Source: an uncultured Verrucomicrobiae bacterium (GTDB lineage: Bacteria > Verrucomicrobiota > Verrucomicrobiia > Chthoniobacterales > JAFAMB01). Taken from it: DNA of 64,000 nucleotides. Positions 19,223 through 27,672 of this stretch are shown piece after piece (position 1 is the first letter of the stretch; each line of letters begins with the position of its first letter). The notes beneath the pieces were generated by a model. It worked only from the letters and a program-made list of their open reading frames with translations, had not been told where the DNA came from and did not search any database. The stretch lies in contig CAWIPH010000002.1 of NCBI GenBank assembly GCA_963837955.1, forward strand, positions 96,001 through 160,000, read 5' to 3'. A program made the position numbers and the translations under genes.

Positions 19223-19232
19223 GTCTGTCAGA

Positions 19233-19268
19233 ATGACAAATGACAAATGACAGATGACAGATGACAAA
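19233..19268. repeat. ATGACA(A/G) heptamer array, 5 units
   Basis: atgacaa atgacaa atgacag atgacag atgacaa. Confidence 0.9.
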
Positions 19269-19507
19269 TTAGCCTTTGCTCCTCTTTATTCCTAAAGCCC
19301 TTTCACCTCCAAGACCGTATCTATCGAAGATTCTCGTAAAGGGCTCCAGAATTCGATTACAGCTCGTTTACCTGACGACTGGCACGGGAACACCGGCTGC
19401 TTTGTTTGCTCAAGATTTGGCCTTGCGGACCAAAGTTCGCACTCGCATCCACGAGGAGATTTCGCTCCTTAGCGTGCTTTATTTTCCATTTCGTGCGCGC
19501 ACCCCAA

Positions 19508-20428
19508 CTATTTCGTCCGGATGATTAGCTTGCCGGGATTGCCAGCAATCGAGCCACTATAAGCATGGTCTGCTTCTTCCATTGGCAGCTCAGCTTTGAC
19601 AAAAGCTTTCAATTCCCCGGAATCGAAAAGCTTGCCCAGTGAAGCTAGTTGTTCTCCATCCTGTTCGACGATGAAATAAGCACTCTTTTCTCGTGGATCG
19701 GTACTCGATTCTACTTCCGCAGCAATCGTGACCAACCTGCCACTAGGCTTGAGAAGATCCCAGGATCTGTCCAAGGTTTCTCCACCCACGGTATCGAAGA
19801 TCACATCGACTATGCCTGCCTCTTCAAAACGGCGCTCCCGATAATCGATGACCTCATTGGCTCCAAGCTGCTTTACAAAATCGATGTTCGCCTTGGACGA
19901 CGTGGCAATCACATATGCTCCTCGCGATTTTGCAAGTTGAACCGCAAAAAGTCCCACCGCCCCAGCCCCTCCGTGTATAAGGACTCGTTCGCCTTTCTGT
20001 AATTTTGCTTGGACATGCAGTCCCTGCCATGCCGTCAGCAAGCTAATCGGGACTGAGGCCGCTTCGATGTGGGAAAGAGAAGATGGCTTCTGAGAAAGAT
20101 TCGCTGGTTTTGTTATGCAGAACTCAGCCGTAGCGCCCTCTGCGTACCAATCGTTCAAGCCGAAAACAGCATCTCCCAGGCTGTAGCCAGTTACTCCCGC
20201 ACCTAACCCCGCAACGGTGCCTGAGAATTCATGTCCTGGAATCGCCTTGGATCGGGCTGTACCGTCCGCATAGTGGCTGGTGGTAGACCAAATCTTTTCT
20301 GTACGGGTCACTCCGACGGCGGAGACCTGAATCAAGATTTCGCCCGCTTGCGGCTCGGGAACCGGACGCGTTACCGGCTGCAGGTTTAGTTTGTCTGTAA
20401 ACTCCATTGCTTTCATCTTTGCCTGCAT
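19508..20428 (-). CDS. NADP-dependent oxidoreductase (MDR / quinone-reductase-like)
   Basis: IPGHEFSG, LTAWQGL, VLIHGGAGAVG, DVIFDTVGG, GKLII. Confidence 0.92.
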   Translation of the reverse strand: MQAKMKAMEFTDKLNLQPVTRPVPEPQAGEILIQVSAVGVTRTEKIWSTTSHYADGTARSKAIPGHEFSGTVAGLGAGVTGYSLGDAVFGLNDWYAEGATAEFCITKPANLSQKPSSLSHIEAASVPISLLTAWQGLHVQAKLQKGERVLIHGGAGAVGLFAVQLAKSRGAYVIATSSKANIDFVKQLGANEVIDYRERRFEEAGIVDVIFDTVGGETLDRSWDLLKPSGRLVTIAAEVESSTDPREKSAYFIVEQDGEQLASLGKLFDSGELKAFVKAELPMEEADHAYSGSIAGNPGKLIIRTK

Positions 20429-21067
20429 ACTAGTGTACTTATTTTAGTGTGGACCATTAACAAAGATCCATTTTTGCGATATCAACTGTACCACTTCGAC
20501 GCCTAAAAGAGTCACTGCTTTATATCGTCAGGTAAACGCATGAGGCCGCCCCAGACTCCCACCGTGACTAAATCCCTTTTCGCGAATTATTTGAGGCTAT
20601 TAGAATAGTGAATCATAAAGGACGTTATCATTCACTACCCGACACCCAAATAAACGTTGCTGGTGCACGATCTAACGCAGCTAGACATCTACTACAGCCA
20701 GCGTGTCATTCCGTAGCCTATTAGGGGTGCGCTCACGAAACGGAAAAAAATGGTACGCTTAGGCCCTCCAAGGATCATTCGTCCTTAAAAAACGGCTCGA
20801 GGACGAGCGCAAGACGCCATCGGTGCAAAACGGGCTTCAAATCTCGGTGCCGCTAGGGATGCGTGATCGGTTGGAAAAAGACTTTGAATGAGACCGACCC
20901 GCGGTCCGTCTTCAGCTCGTGATCTCTATGCCCAGAAATATCGAAGTCCAAGTAGTTGTTCGCTGCGATAATTCTGTAGAACTAGTGCCTCCTCTTCGCG
21001 AGACGATGCCCCTTTTTCCGCTTGTTCGGACATTGAGACCGTGAGACTACGACACGCTGCTTCACCT

Positions 21068-23965
21068 ATGAAAAACCGATTTCCCACTCGATTGATCCAG
21101 ACCGACGAACGGCGCCATCAAGCCGCTCGAGCGTTTCTCTTTTTGAGATCGATTGGGTTGATCTGTTCGATTGTTTGCTTAGCTTCGGCTGCGATCGCTC
21201 AAAACCGGTACCAAATCACTCGGATTCCCGTTGCCGCCGGCACCAACAGCGTAGCGCTTGGGCTGAATAACAAAGGCGGAATCGTCGGTTACAGTTTTCA
21301 AGGAGACGACTATCACGCATTCCTTTATTCCTATTCGGATAAGTCGATGACTGATGTCGGCTCGCTCGGCGGAAACCTCAACGCAGCGTGTGCCATTAAC
21401 GAAGCCGGTCAAGTCACCGGTTACAGTCAAGATGGTAACGGAAATCTCCTGGCGTTCATATTCTCTAGAAAAACGCCGATTACGTCTCTCGGAACTCTGG
21501 ACGGCGGCTCTACGAGTGAGGCGTTTGGTATTAGCAACAATGGGGCGGCGGTCGGCGACAGCCAAAATGGTAGCCAAAGTCATCGTCCGGTGCTCTTCTC
21601 CAATGGCTCAGTTCAGGATCTTGGGTTGGCGGCCTCGAACGAGGCGGATGCTCTCGAGACTGCTTATGCGATCAACGACTCCGGTCAGATTGTTGGTAGG
21701 CATGGCGCCGGCAATAACACATTCCATGCGTTCCTGTATGCCGGTGGCAATACGACCGATTTCGGTACGCTGGGCGGAGCAAACGGCGAGGCGCTGGCGA
21801 TCAATAAGAACGGCCAGGTAGTAGGCGACAGTGATACAGCCGACGGGCCCACTCACGCTTTCCTTTTCGATGGCTCGTTGAAAGACTTAGGCACATTACC
21901 GGATTTCAACACCGCCAGTTACGCGCGTGGGATCAACAGTTCCGGGGACGTGGTTGGAGAAAGCGATAGCGCCGACCAAAAGCGCGCATTCCTCTATACC
22001 AAAGGTCACATGGTCGAACTGGATAGGCTCGCCGAAAACTTGAATGAATCCGGATTCACTTCTTTGGACGTGGCCTACGGCATCAACGAGAAGGGGTGGA
22101 TTGTTGGATACGGAACCACCTCTGATAATTTGACAGCGGCGTTCGTGGCGGTTCCGGAACGCGCTACCGGTAATCCCGAGGCACCGGTCGCGGTTCCTCA
22201 GCCTCAGTCTCAACCCGAGGGCCAAACCGTTTCCGAGTCAAGCGGTGACGATTATAGCGTTTTCTATTCGAGGCTTTCTTCAGAAGGCAGCTGGGTGGAG
22301 GCAGGTGGCTACGGTTATTGTTTCCGGCCGCGGGTAGCAACCGGCGAATGGCGGCCTTACCGCGACGGACACTGGATCTGGACCGATCGCGGATGGTTTT
22401 GGGATTCAACCGAGCATTTTGGCTGGGCGACCTACCACTATGGCCGATGGGTTTTTATCGGGGGCACGGGGTGGTGTTGGGTGCCTGGACATCAATGGGC
22501 TCCGGCCTGGGTCTCGTGGCGAGAGAGTGATGAGCATGTTGGTTGGGCTCCTCTCCCGCCCGAAGCAGATGTTTCCGTGGGCGCCGGGATTTCTTCGTGG
22601 TCAGACTCCTACTATGGACTCGGACCCTCAGCTTATTGCTTTATCCGTTACTCAAATTGGACGGCTCCCAGCTACGCTCAATACGTCGTACCGCCGGCCC
22701 AGAACGTCGAAATCATTACTCGGACTAAGAACGTCACGAATATTGTTAACAACAACACCGTGATCAATAATTACGGTCCGCCTGTTCAAACCATTGCAGC
22801 GAAGACCAATCAGAACATTCAGCAGGTCAAGCTTGCCATTAATCCAGCAACTGGCGCCAACCCGAACTACGGTCACACGCTGAACGGGAGCCAACTCAAC
22901 GTGGTGGCGCCGCCTCAGACGTTGAAGCCGGTGACGGCTGTAACACCAGCTGTGCAAACCCGCATACCCAACCCGAAGATCGAAAGAGGATGGCAAGACG
23001 TGAAGCCTGCGGATGCGGAGAAGCTCAAGAAGACCATCGCTGAGCAAAACCCGGTACCGAAGAACCTGCCAAAACCGACCGTCGTGCCGACACCGCAGAT
23101 TCTCAGTAAAGGTCAGGTCGCGGGATCGCCTGGCGCGACTGGCTCTCCGACTCCGGGTACCGGACAAAAACAAACACCGCCCAATCTGGTGAAACCTTTT
23201 ACGAGCCCAGGTAGCAAATCGCCGAGCGCCAACATAACGCCAGGAGGATCGCCGCACGCATCCGTTACCGGAAAGAAATCCATGCCGCCGAATCTCCTGG
23301 GCGCGAAGCCATCGGCTACTCCAGGCGGTTCACCAATCGGGACTGGCCGCCCTTCGCCGATTTCACCCGGACCGAAAGGGTCGCCAACTGGAAATAAACC
23401 GTTGTCCACTCCTGGTGGCGGAAAACCGGCACCGACCGGCACTATTCCAGGAGGATCACCGAGCGTGCCGAAAGAGACTCCACCGAATCTGAATGCTCCG
23501 AAATCACCAGCGAACAAGCCATTTGTGAGTCCGACGCCCAAGCCATTGGGTAGCATACCACCGACCGAAAATGCCGTTCCTCACGTGTCTGCCACGCCTA
23601 AGATAATTGCGACGCCGACACCGGAGAAGAGTCCGGAGACGACCACGACCCCGCATCACGAGCCAACGAACTTGGCTACGCCGAAACCCACGCCGACTCC
23701 GACACTTCACCAAGAACCAGCAAATCTGGCTACGCCCAAGCCGACGCAGACCCCGCATCACGAGCCGGCGAATGTGGCTACCCCGAAGCCAACGCCGGAA
23801 CTGAAATCAACTCCGCGAGAAATCCCGAAAGAAGTAAAGACGCCTACCCCCCGACCAACGCCGGAAAAGAAGGTTGAGGAGGCGCACCCGATTGAGACGC
23901 CTCACGGAAACGAGGGCGGCGGAAAAGGAGAAGGTAAACATGGCAAACCGACACCGACTCCGTAG
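21068..23965 (+). CDS. Secreted HAF-repeat + DUF6600-like protein with long Pro/Thr-rich tail (copy 2)
   Basis: Same architecture and high visible similarity to 16431-19167 (VGYSFQGDDY, QDGNGNL, DSDTADGPTHA, SDS.DQKRAFLY); C-terminal HEP.N.ATPKPT repeats. Confidence 0.88.
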   Translation: MKNRFPTRLIQTDERRHQAARAFLFLRSIGLICSIVCLASAAIAQNRYQITRIPVAAGTNSVALGLNNKGGIVGYSFQGDDYHAFLYSYSDKSMTDVGSLGGNLNAACAINEAGQVTGYSQDGNGNLLAFIFSRKTPITSLGTLDGGSTSEAFGISNNGAAVGDSQNGSQSHRPVLFSNGSVQDLGLAASNEADALETAYAINDSGQIVGRHGAGNNTFHAFLYAGGNTTDFGTLGGANGEALAINKNGQVVGDSDTADGPTHAFLFDGSLKDLGTLPDFNTASYARGINSSGDVVGESDSADQKRAFLYTKGHMVELDRLAENLNESGFTSLDVAYGINEKGWIVGYGTTSDNLTAAFVAVPERATGNPEAPVAVPQPQSQPEGQTVSESSGDDYSVFYSRLSSEGSWVEAGGYGYCFRPRVATGEWRPYRDGHWIWTDRGWFWDSTEHFGWATYHYGRWVFIGGTGWCWVPGHQWAPAWVSWRESDEHVGWAPLPPEADVSVGAGISSWSDSYYGLGPSAYCFIRYSNWTAPSYAQYVVPPAQNVEIITRTKNVTNIVNNNTVINNYGPPVQTIAAKTNQNIQQVKLAINPATGANPNYGHTLNGSQLNVVAPPQTLKPVTAVTPAVQTRIPNPKIERGWQDVKPADAEKLKKTIAEQNPVPKNLPKPTVVPTPQILSKGQVAGSPGATGSPTPGTGQKQTPPNLVKPFTSPGSKSPSANITPGGSPHASVTGKKSMPPNLLGAKPSATPGGSPIGTGRPSPISPGPKGSPTGNKPLSTPGGGKPAPTGTIPGGSPSVPKETPPNLNAPKSPANKPFVSPTPKPLGSIPPTENAVPHVSATPKIIATPTPEKSPETTTTPHHEPTNLATPKPTPTPTLHQEPANLATPKPTQTPHHEPANVATPKPTPELKSTPREIPKEVKTPTPRPTPEKKVEEAHPIETPHGNEGGGKGEGKHGKPTPTP

Positions 23966-23968
23966 TCG

Positions 23969-24238
23969 GTAGCCTGATCCTCCTGGCTCAGGGGACAGCG
24001 TGTGAGAGGTGACAGGTGAGAAGTGATTGGTGGATCGTGAATGCCCTGATTGGTAGGGCGAAAACCTCGGCGCGCCGGAAACGTTTCGATTTCTTTTGCG
24101 TCGTCGCGCCGGGTTTGAGCCGTCCGTTGCATCAATCTGTGTTGCGTCTTTTTCATTGCGTTCCTCAGTCGGACAGGCACGAACGGCTCAAGCCGGTACG
24201 GCTGATACCGTACCAAGCTTTCGCCCTACCGATCGGGG
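23969..24238. mobile_element. Composite REP/MITE: GTAG REP arm, heptamers and a ~190-bp TAGGGCGAA element (copy 1)
   Basis: 24044-24238 has inverted ends ggtagggcgaaa / tttcgccctacc and is nearly identical to 35671-35863. Confidence 0.85.
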
Positions 24239-24258
24239 TCAGAACGGACGCGTGAGCT

Positions 24259-25222
24259 TCAGATCTGATAGGCGTAGGCCGGGTTTGGGTGGAGATCTTC
24301 TTGGGCAGCGCTGATTTGGACCCGGAAATGGCGCAAGATGCGCGAGGCTAGATCTCTAGCCTGAACGCGAAGCTCTGGCACTGCTGTGGTTTCGAACAGA
24401 ATGCCTTTTTGCGGGCTGCCAAGCGTATAAAGATTTCTAACGCGTTCCCCTAAGAGATTCAAAACCGCTCCACCGGTGCCCACATCCAATCCAAGGAACA
24501 AAGGATCTGGAACAATCAATCCTCGGGCGAAGAGTTGGACGACCAAAGAATCCTTGAGCTTGTGGTAATTGCACTCCGGTCCCGTGCAATTGACGACGTA
24601 GTTTACTCGAAGCGTTCGATTCTCTCCGGCCCGATTAAAACCAACTTCTAATTGTTTTTGGTGTTCCTCAATCGCAACGATCCGGCCGCGGTAACAACAA
24701 AGAGACCCCCGGGTTTCGAGGCTCTCTTTAATCGCAAGGACCTCCGGTGCCACTCGGTGCCGGTGCGGTTCCGGCAAATGCAATGCGGAAAGATCCGTTA
24801 AGCAGCGGCACGAGGTCAATGGCTTCAGCACGAATTCTCTGGAGCCGGGCCGATCGCCTTTCCGCCTCTTCCAGGAGTTCCGTAAGATATTCTCCGAAGA
24901 GCATTCGCGGCACGAAGGCGCCGGGATGAAGTGTATGCACGCCGGCGGCCCGAAGTCTTTCGGGTTGAACCTGTAACCAACGATAAAACCCTTCGATATC
25001 GTCGGGAAAAGCACCCATCTTCGCGGCGGGCACGTTTAGCCGATGGGCCACGTCCCGCGTCCGGTAGGCCACTCCTCTGGCAAATTCCGAATTTCGCTCC
25101 ACCAGGCCGACGGTGAGGTGGCTATCCGTTTGTCTTAGCAGATGAACCGCCACCATCGTGCCGCTGAACCCCGCACCAATAATGGCGACATCCACTGAAT
25201 CTTGAAAACGAGAAGAATGCAT
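24259..25222 (-). pseudogene. FAD/NAD(P)-binding protein with internal deletion and frameshift
   Basis: N-terminal half (VAIIGAGFSG, RGVAY, LNVPAAKM, FVPR..FGEYL) joins out of frame near 24765 to the C-terminal half (HRHRVAP, VVNCTGP, ETTAVPELR). The expected second Rossmann segment is absent. Confidence 0.75.
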
Positions 25223-25338
25223 CGATAGACCCATAACCCTACCAAAGCAGTATTGTAACTAGGCCCGTTCGTCAATTCTGCACACATCCCGGTTGTATTT
25301 TACCGGCTCTTCGCGTTTATGCAGAGATCGCAACTCCT

Positions 25339-27024
25339 ATGCATCCATTCTTCTTTTTTACCCGCGGTATCCTTATCTGTTTTGCTTCATGGATGATGGC
25401 GGCCAACCTCCTCTGCGCTGAAACACCGCAACCGACTCCGACCCAAACGCCCAAGCCGGCCAAGGAGGGAGAGAAACCGGAACAATTTGAGACCCCGCCT
25501 CCGGTAATAACCGAACACACTCTGACTTTAGGCGCCGGAAAGACATTCAAATACAAGGCTGTCGCAGGCTATCTGCTCCTGACAGACTCCAGCAGGCTGG
25601 ACGGCAGTTCCGAGACTACTGGAAAGCAGGAGACGGAAACCGCCCCGGGTCAGGAAAAATCCAAGGAAAAGCCGGTCGATCCGACCAAAGGGAAAGCGAA
25701 GGCCCAAGTTTTCTACGTAGCTTATCTTGGGACGGAAGCCGGCGATCCGGCCACCCGGCCAGTGACCTTTGTGTTTAACGGCGGACCGGGCTCGTCGGCA
25801 GTCTGGCTGCACCTTGGTGGGATAGGTCCCAAGCGAGTGCTGCTGTCGGATCGAGGTGAACCGTTGCCTCCGCCTGCAAAACTAACAGATAACGAATCGA
25901 CCTGGCTTGATAAGACCGATCTTATTTTTATAGACCCAGTGCCAACCGGTTACAGCCGTCCGGCCCCGGGCGAGAGTGCCCGCCAATTTTGGGGGTACAA
26001 AGAAGACATTCAGCATGTTGGTGATTTCATCCGGCTCTGGACTACGAAGAACGGCCGGTGGAGTTCGCCACGATTTTTAGCAGGCGAAAGCTATGGAACG
26101 ACTCGCGCGGCTGGTCTTGGCGACTATTTGCAGGACCGCTATGCGATGTCCCTTAATGGGATCATCTTGATTGGTTCGGCCCTCAATTTTCAAGCGATCG
26201 ATATGAGTCATGGGAACGACGTACCGTTTCCCCTGTTTCTCCCGTCGTACGCATCTGCTGCCTGGTATCACAAGAAGCTTCCGCCAGATCTCCAGCAACT
26301 CTCTCTGTCCGAGGTTTTGCAACGCGCAGAAGACTTCGCGACCAACGCATACATGCTGGCTTTAGCCAAAGGTGACGCTCTTTCGACCGAGGACCAGCAA
26401 AGCATTGCCAGTCAGCTTGCTCGCTTTACCGGTCTCGATTCTAGCGATCTTCTGCAGCAACATTTGCGAGAGATAGATGAACGCTTTGTCGACGATCTCT
26501 TGAAAAAACAGAATCGATCGATCGGCCGCTACGATAGCCGTTTTACCGGTATTCGCTATTATCCGGGAACGGATCGGGAAGATTTCGATCCGAGCGACCT
26601 CGCGGTGGATGGACCTTTCACCGCGGCTTTTTACGATTACGTGCGCCGAGACCTCAAATACGAAAGCGATTTGACGTATGAGCGGGTAGCGGAGGTGCGC
26701 CCTTGGCTGTTCTCGAAAGATCGATACCTCGATGTCGCGGAGAATCTGCGCAAGATCATGAGCCGGAATCCTTATCTGAAAGTGATGGTCTGTTGCGGCT
26801 ACTACGATTTAGCGACGCCTTATTTCGCAGCCGTCAGTGTAACGCATTCCCTGAATCTTGATCCAAGCATTCGTCACAACCTACAGGTTCAGTTCTACGA
26901 GGCCGGCCACATGCTTTATGTCGATACCGCATCGCGAAAGAAGTTGAGGCAGGATTTCGATCAATTCGTGGATGGAGCACTGAACACGCCGGCCATCTCC
27001 AACGCGTCCCGGGAATTGCAGTGA
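25339..27024 (+). CDS. Serine carboxypeptidase, peptidase S10 family, secreted
   Basis: FNGGPGSS, FIDPVPTGYS, GESYGTTR (catalytic Ser), GYYDLATP (Asp), EAGHM (His). Confidence 0.95.
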   Translation: MHPFFFFTRGILICFASWMMAANLLCAETPQPTPTQTPKPAKEGEKPEQFETPPPVITEHTLTLGAGKTFKYKAVAGYLLLTDSSRLDGSSETTGKQETETAPGQEKSKEKPVDPTKGKAKAQVFYVAYLGTEAGDPATRPVTFVFNGGPGSSAVWLHLGGIGPKRVLLSDRGEPLPPPAKLTDNESTWLDKTDLIFIDPVPTGYSRPAPGESARQFWGYKEDIQHVGDFIRLWTTKNGRWSSPRFLAGESYGTTRAAGLGDYLQDRYAMSLNGIILIGSALNFQAIDMSHGNDVPFPLFLPSYASAAWYHKKLPPDLQQLSLSEVLQRAEDFATNAYMLALAKGDALSTEDQQSIASQLARFTGLDSSDLLQQHLREIDERFVDDLLKKQNRSIGRYDSRFTGIRYYPGTDREDFDPSDLAVDGPFTAAFYDYVRRDLKYESDLTYERVAEVRPWLFSKDRYLDVAENLRKIMSRNPYLKVMVCCGYYDLATPYFAAVSVTHSLNLDPSIRHNLQVQFYEAGHMLYVDTASRKKLRQDFDQFVDGALNTPAISNASRELQ

Positions 27025-27029
27025 GGTGG

Positions 27030-27669
27030 GAGCGCCGACAACGCCGGGAACGCCGCGAGCGCCGACAACGCCAAACTGACGGAACACCAAACGGCTATGT
27101 CCATTGATCACGCCGGATGCCAGCGCTGCTTTTCTTTTTCGATCATCATGTTTCTAGCGTCGAGGACGCGTCTCGGGAAAGCTTAGGAGGCTGTCGGACT
27201 TCGCTTGATCAAATGCTGAGCGGGTTTTCAGCGGCGAAGCCGCGATTCAAGATAGCCTAGAGGGCGAAGCCCTAGGAATGCCGCCCCCAACTCGCGACGC
27301 ACTGAAGGTGCGTCTCAACATTTGCCTTAATTTCAGCCATACCGTTTCGTTAAACGCCTTGCGGTAGCGCTTAAGAATGATGGCGCCCGGTCTTTGGAAG
27401 AAAGGATTAAATGAACCAGGAGGCAGGGATCGTGGCATCTAACTAGCACGTTATATTCACGTATTATTGTCCCGCGCTTTCAGCGCTGATCGCCTGTTTT
27501 ATGATAGTTCCTAGGGCTTCGCCCGGGCTTCGCCCTAGGCTATCTTGAGACACTGCTTCGCCGCTGAAAGCAGAATGATCCAAAAACGAAAACGGCGCTG
27601 GCAACCGGTCTGATGTCATAGACCTAGCCGTTACCGGCGTTCCCGGCGTTCTCGGCGCTGTCGGCGTTA
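27030..27669. repeat. Nested inverted-repeat intergenic element (nonamer arrays, ~45-bp imperfect IR, central MITE)
   Basis: Left agcgccgac/aacgccggg units mirror right ccggcgttc/tcggcgctg units. aacggctatgtccat...ccggatgccagcgc mirrors gcgctggcaaccgg...atagacctagccgtt. Confidence 0.8.
27226..27569 (-). mobile_element. Non-autonomous MITE derived from an IS200-like/REP-associated transposase locus (copy 2)
   Basis: Ends tttcagcggcgaagc / gcttcgccgctgaaa. Minus-strand interior from ATG 27438 gives MPRSL, then (+1 frame) LVHLILSSKDRAP, then LKRYRKAFNE. Confidence 0.82.
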
Positions 27670-27672
27670 CTC

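Noticed and set aside
20429..21040. Riboswitch or ncRNA in the long spacer
   Set aside because: No motif I can recognise by eye; an Rfam/Infernal scan would be needed.
23902..24314. Small ORFs here and at 35563-35844 with near-identical peptides (MVRYQP.RLEPFVPVRL)
   Set aside because: They are translations of the repeated non-coding element; they diverge by frameshifts and have no recognisable domain.
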